A stretch of 64,000 bases of DNA. Source: Acidobacteriota bacterium (GTDB lineage Bacteria > Acidobacteriota > Blastocatellia > RBC074). The notes beneath the pieces were generated by a model. It was not told where the DNA came from. It was given only the letters and a program-made list of their open reading frames with translations, and did not search any database. The position numbers and the translations under genes are program-made. Every line of letters begins with the position of its first letter. Within the stretch, counting starts at the first letter, position 1. The stretch spans positions 12,835 to 76,834 of the forward strand of contig JANRKX010000024.1 of the NCBI GenBank assembly GCA_033763255.1, written 5' to 3'. Shown here in pieces: positions 54,237-63,729 of the stretch.

Positions 54237-55376
54237 ATGGGGTTTGCAACAACAGCAATTCACGCCGGGCAGGAACCTGACCCGACAACCGGTTCCGTCG
54301 CCGTGCCGATTTACCAGACTTCGACGTATGTCCAGGATGCTCTGGGGCAACATAAAGGCTACGAATACGCGCGAACACAAAATCCGACGCGCATCGCGTT
54401 GGAAAAAAACCTGGCTGCGCTGGAAGGCGGATTGGCTGCTCATTGCTTTGCTTCGGGAATGGCGGCGATTGACACCGTGCTGAAGCTGCTGAAAGCAGGC
54501 GATCACGTTATCGTTTCCGACAACACCTATGGCGGAACATATCGTTTGTTCGAGCGTGTGCTGCGCGGCTTTGGATTGGATTTCAGCTATGTGGACACTA
54601 CCGAAGCGATTCATGTGGAAAATGCGCTGAAGCCTAATACGCGCATGATCTTTGTCGAAACGCCGACCAATCCGATTATGGCCGTGGCCGATCTGGAAGG
54701 CATTGGCCGACTGGCTAAAGCCAACGACATTCGGTTAGTAGTAGACAACACCTTTATGAGTCCGTTTTTCCTGCGCCCAGTTGAATGGGGGGCGGACATT
54801 GTGGTGCATTCGACAACCAAGTACTTGAACGGTCATAGTGACAGTGTGGGCGGTGTCGTCGTGACCACCAAAGCCGAAGACGCCGAACGCATCGGGTTTT
54901 TGCAAAATGCGGTTGGCGCGATTCTTTCGCCGTTTGATTCGTTTCTGGTGATGCGAGGAACCAAAACATTGGCCGTTCGCATGCTCCAACATGATGAAAA
55001 TGGTCGTGCTGTCGCCAGTTTCCTCACCGAACACCCCAAAGTGCAAAAGGTGTATTACCCCGGACTGGTTCAACATCCGCAGCACGAACGTGCCAGGCGA
55101 TTGATGTCCGGTTTTGGGGGAATGATTGCCTTTGAAACAGGTTCTCTTGCGGCAGCGCGAGGTGTATTGGATAATGTGCGCCTCTGCGCACTTGCTGAAA
55201 GCCTCGGCGGCGTTGAAACCTTGATCTCCCATCCGGCGACGATGACACACGCTTCAGTCCCGGCAGATCAACGCGCACGGTTGGGCATTTCGGATGGTCT
55301 GGTGCGAATTTCTGTGGGAATAGAAGATGTCGAAGACATCATTGCGGATTTAGACGCGGCACTTGAGCGAGCGTAG
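54237..55376 (+). CDS. PLP-dependent trans-sulfuration enzyme (cystathionine gamma-synthase/beta- or gamma-lyase family)
   Basis: The start is ATG 54237 (MGFATTAIHAGQEPD). The PLP-Lys motif is HSTTKYLNGHSD, and LAESLGGVETLISHPATMTH is also present. Confidence 0.93.
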   Translation: MGFATTAIHAGQEPDPTTGSVAVPIYQTSTYVQDALGQHKGYEYARTQNPTRIALEKNLAALEGGLAAHCFASGMAAIDTVLKLLKAGDHVIVSDNTYGGTYRLFERVLRGFGLDFSYVDTTEAIHVENALKPNTRMIFVETPTNPIMAVADLEGIGRLAKANDIRLVVDNTFMSPFFLRPVEWGADIVVHSTTKYLNGHSDSVGGVVVTTKAEDAERIGFLQNAVGAILSPFDSFLVMRGTKTLAVRMLQHDENGRAVASFLTEHPKVQKVYYPGLVQHPQHERARRLMSGFGGMIAFETGSLAAARGVLDNVRLCALAESLGGVETLISHPATMTHASVPADQRARLGISDGLVRISVGIEDVEDIIADLDAALERA

Positions 55377-55381
55377 ACACA

Positions 55382-55455
55382 GTGAAAAGTGAACTGTGAC
55401 AAGTGACAAGCAGAAGTAAATACTCACGAATCACAAACCGCTCATCACTCATCAC
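55382..55455. repeat. loose palindrome built from GTGA / TCAC units
   Basis: The left arm is gtgaaaagtgaactgtgacaagtgacaag and the right arm is ctcacgaatcacaaaccgctcatcactcatcac. The arms are complementary at the unit level only. Confidence 0.6.
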
Positions 55456-55462
55456 AAACTTT

Positions 55463-57187
55463 ATGGCCGAGCTTCCAACCATCAATTTGGCACTTTATGC
55501 ACAGACAGATGTCGGCATGGTGCGCAGCGGCAATGAAGATAACTTCCTGATTCTGGACCTTTCGTCCGGTAAAAGCTGGACTGCCAACGAGGAAGAGCCG
55601 CACGAACTTCTTACTTACGCGCAAGGATATTACGGGACATTGCTGGCGGTTTCAGATGGCATGGGCGGGGCCTTGGCCGGTGAGGTCGCTTCCCGGATGG
55701 CCGTAGAAACCGTGCGTGACCGAATGTTGCAGCTACAAGCGCACGAAATCTACGGAAAGATGCCTTTCCACGAACGCATGCGACTGGCGGTCGAAGAAGC
55801 CAATCTGGTCATCCACGCCGACGGACAGACCAATCAGGCTCATCGTGGATTGGGCGCAACGTTTACCGCTGTCGGCATCAATGGCAGTAGTCTTTATTTT
55901 GCCCAGGTTGGCGACAGTCGGGCTTATCTGATCCGGCAAGGAGACATCAGCCGCGTTACCAAAGATCAATCGCTGGTGCAGCAATTGATTGACGCCGGAC
56001 AAATCACCGAAGAAGAAGCCGAAACGCACAGTTACCGCAATGTGATTTTGCAGGCGCTCGGCGCGCACAACAACGTCAACGTTGAGGTGAATAAAGTAGA
56101 GCTTTGTCAGCTGGATACCCTGGTACTGTGCAGTGACGGTTTGTCGGGCAAAATGCACGCCGATGATATTGCACGTATCGTCATCGAGGCGGGGGATTTC
56201 AAATCCGCCTGCCAATCATTGATTAGCCTGGCCAACGAACGCGGCGGAGAAGACAACATCACAGTGGTCATTGCGCAGTTTTCCGGTTCCGGGTTGCCGC
56301 TGCCAAATGGTTCAGTGGAACCGGAGGGATTAGCGCGATCGCCCGATACGCCAACTGAAATTACCTGGAACACGGGAGCTAAAACCGACCCGTTGGATCA
56401 AGCAGGAAATCAGGCGGCGTCTAAAACTGACGCCGCCCAACGAGCGACAGAACCGCTGCCCGTCCCACCCAAACAAGCCACTCCGTTTACCGCCCCGTTG
56501 CAACGCGAGATTCCTGAGCGCAAACGAACAAACGATCTTTCTGATCGCGTCGAACCAATCACCGCGGTGTTTTCGGTCGAAGATTTTGAAAGTGATTTGT
56601 CGCATCAAGGCTCATCTCAATCTCAAACTGCGCCGCTTGGAGGGCGCCATACTGCGCCTCTGACCGTTGAAATGCCTGCGCCTGCGCCTGTGGCAAAAGC
56701 GCCTGTTGACGTTCCGCCCGGCAACAACGGCTCACAAGCCAAGCCGAAAAACTCCAAAACCAATCTGGCGATTTTTATTGGTTTGTTGATTCTGGGAATC
56801 ACAGGGTTGGTGTTTGTCGCCACGACCTACGTCAGTCGTCAGAAAGCCGAATCCGAAGCGAAGCAACTGGAAAATGCGCGGCAGGATGAAGAACTGCAAA
56901 AAGAACGGCAGAGCAGCATTGACCAGGTCAGAAACAAAATTACCAAGCTACGGAACCAGTTGGGTGCGAGCACCAAACCTTCACTCGAAAGCAAACTGGA
57001 AGGATGGAGAAGCAAGCTAAGTGATTTCGACCGCCAACTCGATGAACTCGGAAGCAAATCTCCCGAAGAAGCCAAAAATGTTTGCACGGAAATTGAGCGG
57101 GAGATTCAGAAAATTGACGAAGAATTCAACAATGCTCAAGGATTGATTCCTTCGCGCAACCTCAACCGCGCGCCAGTAAAGCTTTAA
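55463..57187 (+). CDS. PP2C-family Ser/Thr phosphatase with C-terminal TM segment and coiled coil
   Basis: VGMVRSGNEDNF, AVSDGMGG, LCSDGLSG and GGEDNITV. Downstream are a Pro-rich linker, a TM segment (LAIFIGLLILGITGLVFVA) and a coiled-coil tail. Confidence 0.9.
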   Translation: MAELPTINLALYAQTDVGMVRSGNEDNFLILDLSSGKSWTANEEEPHELLTYAQGYYGTLLAVSDGMGGALAGEVASRMAVETVRDRMLQLQAHEIYGKMPFHERMRLAVEEANLVIHADGQTNQAHRGLGATFTAVGINGSSLYFAQVGDSRAYLIRQGDISRVTKDQSLVQQLIDAGQITEEEAETHSYRNVILQALGAHNNVNVEVNKVELCQLDTLVLCSDGLSGKMHADDIARIVIEAGDFKSACQSLISLANERGGEDNITVVIAQFSGSGLPLPNGSVEPEGLARSPDTPTEITWNTGAKTDPLDQAGNQAASKTDAAQRATEPLPVPPKQATPFTAPLQREIPERKRTNDLSDRVEPITAVFSVEDFESDLSHQGSSQSQTAPLGGRHTAPLTVEMPAPAPVAKAPVDVPPGNNGSQAKPKNSKTNLAIFIGLLILGITGLVFVATTYVSRQKAESEAKQLENARQDEELQKERQSSIDQVRNKITKLRNQLGASTKPSLESKLEGWRSKLSDFDRQLDELGSKSPEEAKNVCTEIEREIQKIDEEFNNAQGLIPSRNLNRAPVKL

Positions 57188-57969
57188 TTCGGGTCTTTCT
57201 TCGGCTCCTGATAGCACCCATCGTTACAGAACACGACGAATACCGACCGCACACCCGCCACCGTTCGAACTCCCGAAACCAGATCACTGACATTTACTTT
57301 GTGATTTCGCGGAATTTTCAACGTCACCATTCCATCTTTCACGTCATACTTCACGCCTGACCAATCGTGACGCTCGAAAAACAATTCCGCCAGGTCTCGA
57401 TAAATGCCTTCGTCGTTACGACGAATCATCGAAACGGTTTTTCGCCCGCTCAATCGTCCTCCGCTTTTTATTCCTTTGACCGAAGCTTTTGCGCCTTCTT
57501 TGGATTTGGTCGCGGCATAACTGCCAGCGTCCCAGGTTTTTTCCAGACCGTACCGGGTGCCTTCTTTCGTTTTTGACGCCACGTACCCGCCGGCGCGCTG
57601 GGCAATGTTCGGATCGTCGGGGTTTGGTGCAGGATAGGGCAAGCCGAGTTTTTCATAGGTCGGCGGATCAATTCTGCCCGTGACCCGCAATGAATTGGCG
57701 CTTTGGTATTCGCGAACGGCGTCAGTGGTGGCGGCGTCTAATTTGCCGGTGATACCGGATTTCAGAAAGCCCAGGCGACGCAATTCAACCTGAACGGCGA
57801 TGACTTCGTTTTTGTTGATGCGAGCATCGGCAGGCAGTTGCGTTCCGCCGGATTGCGCCCGGATGAATCCTGTCGCGACACAGAGCGCGGCCAGCAGGCA
57901 AACACTGCGAAGGAAGTTATTCGAGATGGGTGGAGCCATGATCGGAATTCTCATCGGCTTTTTTCTCAC
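57184..57969 (-). CDS. secreted protein with peptidoglycan-binding (PG_binding_1) and BON-like domains
   Basis: VQVELRRLGFLKSGITGKLDAATTDAVREYQSANSLRVTGRIDPPTY. The C-terminal segment is VKYDVKDGMVTLKIPRNHKVNVSDLVSGVRTVAGVRSV. The start is uncertain (GTG 57969, ATG 57954 or 57939), and all three overlap the 3' end of the upstream regulator gene. Confidence 0.7.
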   Translation of the reverse strand: MRKKPMRIPIMAPPISNNFLRSVCLLAALCVATGFIRAQSGGTQLPADARINKNEVIAVQVELRRLGFLKSGITGKLDAATTDAVREYQSANSLRVTGRIDPPTYEKLGLPYPAPNPDDPNIAQRAGGYVASKTKEGTRYGLEKTWDAGSYAATKSKEGAKASVKGIKSGGRLSGRKTVSMIRRNDEGIYRDLAELFFERHDWSGVKYDVKDGMVTLKIPRNHKVNVSDLVSGVRTVAGVRSVFVVFCNDGCYQEPKKDPN

Positions 57970-59362
57970 GTTTGCGCGTTTCGCGCGGAATCTGAATCCG
58001 GTATTTGCGAATTTTGCTGTACAAGCGCGGGCGGTAAATTCCCAGAATCTGCGCCGCCGCCTGTTTGTTGCCTTGCGTGCGTTTCAGTGTTTGTTCGATG
58101 ACGACGCGTTCGATTTCTTCCAGCGACATGTTCGGCGGAATATAAAACGATTGCGGTTCCTGTTCATCGTTGTGAATGCCGAACGGCAAATCTTCCGGCT
58201 CGATGCGCGGCCCTTTGGCCAGCAGCACGGCGCGTTCGATGGCGTTTTGCAATTCGCGCACGTTGCCCGGCCAGCGATGCGAAAACACGCGCTGATACGC
58301 CAGTTGCGTGAATCCTTGCAACGGACGATTGTATTTGTCCTTGAACTTATTGAAGAAAAAATCCGTCAACAATTGCAAATCTTCCGCTCGTTCGCGCAGC
58401 GGCGGCACGTTGATGGTGATGGTGGAGATTCGGTAAAACAAATCCTCGCGCATCAAACCTTCCTTGATCGCTTCGCGCGGCTCGCGGTTCGTGGCGCAAA
58501 TCAGCCGGAAATCGGCCTCAAAGGTTTCCGTCGAACCGACCGGACGATACCGCCGCTCTTCCAGCACGCGCAGCAACTTGGGTTGTAACTCAATCGGCAT
58601 TTCGCCGACTTCGTCCAGCATCAAGCTGCCGCCTTTGGCCTGAGCCACCAGACCGGACCTGTTCTGAATCGCGCCGGTGAAGGCTCCTTTGACGTAACCG
58701 AACAGTTCGGCTTCGATCAATTCTTTCGGCAACGCGGAACAGTTGACCTTGACCAGTTCGTTCGATGCGCGCAGCGAATTGAAATGAATGGCGTTGGAAA
58801 TCAGTTCCTTGCCGGTGCCGGATTCGCCGATGATCAGCACGTTGGCGTCGCTTTTGGCCACGCTGGCAATCGTTTCGTAAATCATCTGCATGGCTTTGGA
58901 GCCGCCGATGATGCTGGAAAATTCCTGCTTCTGAAAATGCTTGCGCAGACTTTCCGATTCGCTGACCAACCGCTGCCGTTCCAGCGCTTTTTCAACCAGC
59001 AACAAAATCTGTTCTGGCTCGAACGGCTTTTCGACGAAATAAAACGCACCGGATTTGGTCGCTTCGACGGCTTCGGAAACCGTTGCGTGACCGGTAATGA
59101 CGATGACTTCGGTGTCGGGGGCGCGTTCTTTCACCAATCGCAACAGCGACAATCCGCCTTGCCGGTCGTCGGGCAGTTGCAAGTCGGTAATCACCAGATC
59201 GGGCAAATCGGTTGCGTTTCGTTCCAGCATCGCGCGCGCAGCGCCGAAACTCGGAGCGGTATCTACTCTGTAGCCTTCGGCGCCGAGCAGCAACCGCAAT
59301 CCGTCCGTAATCGAAGGTTCGTCATCAACGACCAATATTTTGTTGTCACTTTTCAAGGGCAA
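57917..59362 (-). CDS. sigma-54-dependent response regulator (NtrC family: REC + AAA+ + Fis-type HTH)
   Basis: ILVVDDEPSI...DLVITDLQLPD (REC), GESGTGKE, GAFTGA, and the C-terminal HTH GNKQAAAQILGIYRPRLYSKIRKY. The start appears to be TTG. Confidence 0.93.
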   Translation of the reverse strand: MPLKSDNKILVVDDEPSITDGLRLLLGAEGYRVDTAPSFGAARAMLERNATDLPDLVITDLQLPDDRQGGLSLLRLVKERAPDTEVIVITGHATVSEAVEATKSGAFYFVEKPFEPEQILLLVEKALERQRLVSESESLRKHFQKQEFSSIIGGSKAMQMIYETIASVAKSDANVLIIGESGTGKELISNAIHFNSLRASNELVKVNCSALPKELIEAELFGYVKGAFTGAIQNRSGLVAQAKGGSLMLDEVGEMPIELQPKLLRVLEERRYRPVGSTETFEADFRLICATNREPREAIKEGLMREDLFYRISTITINVPPLRERAEDLQLLTDFFFNKFKDKYNRPLQGFTQLAYQRVFSHRWPGNVRELQNAIERAVLLAKGPRIEPEDLPFGIHNDEQEPQSFYIPPNMSLEEIERVVIEQTLKRTQGNKQAAAQILGIYRPRLYSKIRKYRIQIPRETRKREKKADENSDHGSTHLE

Positions 59363-59386
59363 GCTTCTCCGACAATCTCACCTGTT

Positions 59387-60115
59387 TCAAATCTTTATCG
59401 TCAACCTGACCTCAGTGCCTGTCAGGCCAAAATCTTCGGCAGCCATCGCGGAAAGTTGGCCGCCGTGTGCTTCGACAATTCGTCGAGCCATCACCAGATT
59501 CAGCGCGTGTTTGTTCAACCGTTCGCTGGTTGAAAATCGAAACAGCGATTCGCGCTGTTCATCGCTCAGCGGTTCACCGTCGTCAACAAAAGACAGTTCC
59601 AATTCATCTGCGCCGCTTCGCACACTCAAACTCACTTGCCCGTTTTCGCGCGCGGCTTCAATCCCGCGCGAAAACAAAGCACCAAGCGCCAACAGCATTT
59701 GCTGCGAATCCAACTTGGCGGATTTTTGCTCTGGCGACAATTCGGTCAGATCGGTTTTCACCGTCAAGCCACGTTCGGCGATTCGCGTACTGCATTGGCC
59801 GATTGCCTGCTCGATCAACTGAACGAAATCGGTTTCCAGCATCGTCAATTCCAATGGTCGCGTCAGTTTGCCAATCAAGTTGGCGTTTTCCGTCATTTCA
59901 TTGACGCTCTGAACGATCTTGTCGGCGATTTCTAGCCCGTCGGCCAGATCAGGGTGCGCGGCAAATCGTTTTTTCAAATAGGCGGTGTAAAGCTTCAAAC
60001 CGCCCAACTGGTTTTTGAAGTCGTGAATCAATCGCGCAGTGGCGCGCCCAACTTCAGCCAGCATCGCCTGTTCGTTGTTGCTGTCCAAGCTATTCATATT
60101 CATCAATCGTTTCAC
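59387..60115 (-). CDS. soluble histidine kinase core (HisKA + HATPase_c, no sensor or TM domain)
   Basis: The H-box is ARLIHDFKNQLGGL and the ATPase region is LSFVDDGEPLSDEQRESLF...VEAHGGQLS. The protein is only about 240 aa. The start could be 60115 (GTG), or 60103 or 60097 (ATG). Confidence 0.82.
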   Translation of the reverse strand: MKRLMNMNSLDSNNEQAMLAEVGRATARLIHDFKNQLGGLKLYTAYLKKRFAAHPDLADGLEIADKIVQSVNEMTENANLIGKLTRPLELTMLETDFVQLIEQAIGQCSTRIAERGLTVKTDLTELSPEQKSAKLDSQQMLLALGALFSRGIEAARENGQVSLSVRSGADELELSFVDDGEPLSDEQRESLFRFSTSERLNKHALNLVMARRIVEAHGGQLSAMAAEDFGLTGTEVRLTIKI

Positions 60116-60233
60116 TCATTGAAACGGGGGAGGCTGGAAGGGGAAACTTTTTGCTCACTTACCGCAATTTCAGCGAGCCGTATGCTAACAAACCGAACTG
60201 CCGATGAGAAGCATCGAGCAATTCGACCTGAAA

Positions 60234-61607
60234 CTACTGGCATTCGGGAACCCCGTCTTTGATAAAGCTGCGATGCCAGACGCCTGGCGCATAAGTGTTT
60301 TCAGTCAGCACAGGCGTGCGGCCTTCCAGATCAGTACCGGAAAACGAAAGTCGGAAACGGACTTTGCCATCGCTGGTGACTTCGCGTTCGAAACGTTCGC
60401 GGATTCCCTGCTGACTGTAAGACCGCGTTGCCAGACAAAAACTCTTTTTCTGTTCGTTGTAGTTGGCGTAACCCGGAATCATTTCGACTGTCAGGTTGTA
60501 AGTGATTCCGGCTTTGAACACAGGCCGACCGCTGAAAAAGATTTGTTGCGGCGATTGCAATCCGTCCGGCACCGGTTCGATGTGGCTGCGATACAGCCGC
60601 AGATTCATTGCCCCTGTGTAGGTGTTGGGAATGCGTTCGGGAAATGCCTGCGGATAAGGCGAATACTGACCATCCACCGGAAAACGAATCGAATACTTCA
60701 ATCGAACACCAACCGGATTTCCCTTTTCCGAAAGCAGCGGCTCATCCGACCAGTTGGTGATTTGAGCGCGCACGATTTTGTATTCTCCGGCGACGGCGTT
60801 TTTGTCCCAATCCTGCGGTTGAGTTTGCGATTGCACTCCACCGGTAACATCCGGCTGGGCGTTGGCCGGTTCAGCCGCCAGCGGTCGAACCAGCCAATAA
60901 AACACTCGCTGAAACTGTTTGCCGTTGGTGTCGCGCCCGCGAGCACGAATGCGAAACGGTTGATCCGGCGTTTCCATCAACAACGTGAAATTGTACGGAT
61001 TGGAATAATCGCTCTGACGAATTTTGAGCGGCCCGATCAATTCGCCTTGCTCGCTGATGGCCTGAAATTCCAAAGTTTCGATGTTGAACCCGGACGCATA
61101 AACCTGAGCCTGTTGCCGCGAACCGCGAACCGGTTGGAACTTGTCGAGTTGGTGAATCAGGTTGCGCGCAAAAAACTGCATGCAGCAAATGTATAGTTCG
61201 CCCTGCGCCCACACTGAAGCCGTGAAATCTCCCGAACCGATGATGCGCATCTTCCACAATCCTGGTCGCGGATCCCACATCGCCACTGTTTTTTTGCCAT
61301 CGGCTTCGGTGACGGAAATGTTCGGTTCGTTCAACGGAATGATTCGGCCTGACGGAGAGACAAGTTCCAATTTGAAATCGCCACCGGCGCGCACGGAGAA
61401 AAACACTCGCAACACGCCGACTTCAACCGGCGCTTCGATTTCTCGCGCTTCGCCGGAAAGTTTGCCCGACAGCAAGGTGATGTATTGCTGGTTCGGGTCT
61501 TCCTGCGCGATGGCAGGCTGGAAATCGAAAACAAATGTTGCCGCAATCCACAGGGCGACCACGACCCAAAAGCTCGGTAAGAATCGTCGCACAGAATTCA
61601 AAGTCAT
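60234..61607 (-). CDS. hypothetical secreted or membrane-anchored protein (beta-sandwich-like segments)
   Basis: ATG 61607 gives MTLNSVRRFLPSFWVVVALWIAATFVF. GDFKLELVSPSGRII resembles pre-peptidase C-terminal-type beta-sandwich modules. It lies first in the two-component operon. Confidence 0.65.
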   Translation of the reverse strand: MTLNSVRRFLPSFWVVVALWIAATFVFDFQPAIAQEDPNQQYITLLSGKLSGEAREIEAPVEVGVLRVFFSVRAGGDFKLELVSPSGRIIPLNEPNISVTEADGKKTVAMWDPRPGLWKMRIIGSGDFTASVWAQGELYICCMQFFARNLIHQLDKFQPVRGSRQQAQVYASGFNIETLEFQAISEQGELIGPLKIRQSDYSNPYNFTLLMETPDQPFRIRARGRDTNGKQFQRVFYWLVRPLAAEPANAQPDVTGGVQSQTQPQDWDKNAVAGEYKIVRAQITNWSDEPLLSEKGNPVGVRLKYSIRFPVDGQYSPYPQAFPERIPNTYTGAMNLRLYRSHIEPVPDGLQSPQQIFFSGRPVFKAGITYNLTVEMIPGYANYNEQKKSFCLATRSYSQQGIRERFEREVTSDGKVRFRLSFSGTDLEGRTPVLTENTYAPGVWHRSFIKDGVPECQ

Positions 61608-61756
61608 GATGTTGTTTTCCGAATGATGTCTAGGAATTTCAGCCAAGCGTCAAAGACGTAATTGAGGCGGAAGATTACCACTCTTGTTTTGTCGAAGCGA
61701 GCGCTTCAAATGTATTCCTGAATCGAAGCAGACAGCTTTGAGGCAGCCTTTTTCGA

Positions 61757-61865
61757 CAGGATGAACAAGATTGGCGGCAGGATTTACAGGCTCATCCATT
61801 CGCTTATGATTTCGGTTCGGTTTGAATCCCGTTCATCCTGCAAAAAATCTTGTCAATCCTGTTTC
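61757..61865. repeat. degenerate full copy of the CAGGAT/ATCCTG palindromic repeat family (copy C)
   Basis: The left side is gacaggatgaacaagattggcggcaggatttacagg and the right side is ttcatcctgcaaaaaatcttgtcaatcctgtttc. It lies upstream of rsmI. Confidence 0.7.
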
Positions 61866-61937
61866 AAGTTTTTTGCCTTGATTGAGTTCCCACGCTCAGA
61901 CTTGCGCAGCGGCGCACGACGTTCAAGAATCCGGCCA

Positions 61938-62786
61938 ATGGCTCTCTATCTGGTTTCAACTCCGATTGGCAATCTGGAAGACATCACGTTGCGCGCGCTG
62001 AACGTGCTGAAGTCGGTTGACCTGATCGCTTGCGAAGACACGCGGCACACACGCCGGTTGCTGGATCATTTCGGCATTCGCAAACCAACCGTCAGTTATC
62101 ACGAACACAACGAGCAAGCGCGCACCGAAGAACTCGTTCAACTGCTGGTCGAAGGAAAATCCGTCGCCATTGTTTCTGATGCCGGAACGCCGGGAATTTC
62201 CGATCCGGCTTATCGAATCGTGCTGGCGGCCATCGAACGCGGAATCATGGTAGTTCCGATTCCCGGAGCCGCAGCGGTCATCGCCGGATTGATCGCGTCG
62301 GGATTGCCGACCGATTCGTTTTTGTTCGCCGGTTTTTTGCCGTCGAAAAAACTGGCTCGCCGCGCGCGGCTGGAAGAATTGAAATCCGAACGCGCAACGT
62401 TGGTGCTCTACGAAGCTCCGCACCGAATACGGGAAACGCTAACCGATGCGTTGGAAGTTTTCGGCGACCGGCAAGCTTCGCTGGCACGCGAACTGACCAA
62501 GCTGCATGAACAGTTCATTCGCGGCACGTTATCGCAACTGAAGGAGCATTTCGACGCCACCCAACCGCGCGGAGAAATGACGCTTGTCATTGCCGGAAGC
62601 GCCAAAGATAATCTGGCTCCGGTCGAAACAGGCTCCATCAGTTCACAAGTCGAACGTTTGATGCTCAGCGGCGCAAACCGCAACGACGCCATCAAACAAG
62701 CTGCCAAATCGCGCGGCCTGTCTAAACGCGACGCCTATCAATTGATGTTGGAGGAAAAACCAACTTATGAAGATGATGAATGTTAA
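61938..62786 (+). CDS. rsmI: 16S rRNA (cytidine1402-2'-O)-methyltransferase
   Basis: ATG 61938 gives MALYLVSTPIGNLEDITLRALNVLKSVDLIACEDTRHTRRLL. Other motifs are SDAGTPGISDPA and YEAPHR. The track start at 61761 runs through the repeat. Confidence 0.95.
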   Translation: MALYLVSTPIGNLEDITLRALNVLKSVDLIACEDTRHTRRLLDHFGIRKPTVSYHEHNEQARTEELVQLLVEGKSVAIVSDAGTPGISDPAYRIVLAAIERGIMVVPIPGAAAVIAGLIASGLPTDSFLFAGFLPSKKLARRARLEELKSERATLVLYEAPHRIRETLTDALEVFGDRQASLARELTKLHEQFIRGTLSQLKEHFDATQPRGEMTLVIAGSAKDNLAPVETGSISSQVERLMLSGANRNDAIKQAAKSRGLSKRDAYQLMLEEKPTYEDDEC

Positions 62787-63696
62787 GAGATTACTGCTGA
62801 CGCTTTTTCTACTGCCTGCTGTCTTCTGTCTTCTGTCTACTCAGGCGCAAGCTCAACTTCTGAAACAAAACGATTATGGCGTAGGTGTGACAGTCGCAAT
62901 TTATCAGTTCGACGATGTGCGCTCGAAGAAGTTTTCTCAGGTCAACACGCTGAAAGTCACCGCCAACACGCCCGAAGAAGAGATCGAATACATTCAGCGG
63001 AATTTTGGCGTCGAAGACCTGAAGTTTCGTTACGTTCGCACCATCGGTTTGCGCGAAAGCGAAGCCTTCACCGATTCGCAGCCGATGAACGAGAAGCAGT
63101 TCGTGTTCGTCATCACGCCGCGCATCATTTCCAAATCAGAAGTCACCTTTGATTTCGTGGTCAAATACGGCGAACAAACCTTGCTGGAACTGAAAAGCGT
63201 AACCGCCGGAAGTTACGAAACCGTGATGATGCGTGGCGAACGTGGCGATTTCGGCGTCAAGGAATTCAAAGGGCCGGACGGCGTCGAATCCGTCCCAGAA
63301 AAGCGCGCCTTGCTGGTGACGATCACGCCTTCTGTGCAAACCGCTCGAAGTTTGCAAAACAAACCGTCGGACATTTCACGGCCTACCGATCAGTTCGGCT
63401 CCAGAGTCGAACTCGGCGAAAGCGACACCTTCGTCATTCCGGCGATCATCAATCGCGCGCCGCTGAAATTCACTGTGGGTTCGCGCCCTAAAGGTTCGAT
63501 CACGTTGCAGTGCATCGTCACTCCCGAAGGTACAGTCAGCAACGTCCGCGTGCTGGATTCGCCCGATCCGGCGCTGAATCCCAAAGCCATCGAAGCTTTC
63601 CGGCAATACCGATTCGCGCCTGCGAAGCTGAACGGTCGAGCGACTTACGCGACGTTCCGCGAAACGATCATCCTGAGCAAACCCGAAGTTCCATAA
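62767..63696 (+). CDS. TonB C-terminal-domain protein (energy transducer TonB family)
   Basis: It has a signal or anchor sequence (LLLTLFLLPAVFCLLSTQAQA). The C-terminal GSITLQCIVTPEGTVSNVRVLDSPDPALNPKAIEAFRQYRFAPAKLNGRA is a TonB_C pattern. It overlaps the rsmI 3' end by about 20 nt. Confidence 0.8.
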   Translation: MKMMNVKRLLLTLFLLPAVFCLLSTQAQAQLLKQNDYGVGVTVAIYQFDDVRSKKFSQVNTLKVTANTPEEEIEYIQRNFGVEDLKFRYVRTIGLRESEAFTDSQPMNEKQFVFVITPRIISKSEVTFDFVVKYGEQTLLELKSVTAGSYETVMMRGERGDFGVKEFKGPDGVESVPEKRALLVTITPSVQTARSLQNKPSDISRPTDQFGSRVELGESDTFVIPAIINRAPLKFTVGSRPKGSITLQCIVTPEGTVSNVRVLDSPDPALNPKAIEAFRQYRFAPAKLNGRATYATFRETIILSKPEVP

Positions 63697-63729
63697 ACAA
63701 ATGCCCACAGTAGTTGACGCTTCCTGCTT

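Noticed and set aside
57184-57187. The 4-nt overlap of the convergent stop codons (TTAA) of the PP2C phosphatase and PG-binding/BON genes, considered as a special regulatory feature.
   Set aside because: Convergent stop overlap is simply a consequence of tight packing. No hairpin or other structure is present at the junction, so it is noted only as the absence of an intergenic terminator.
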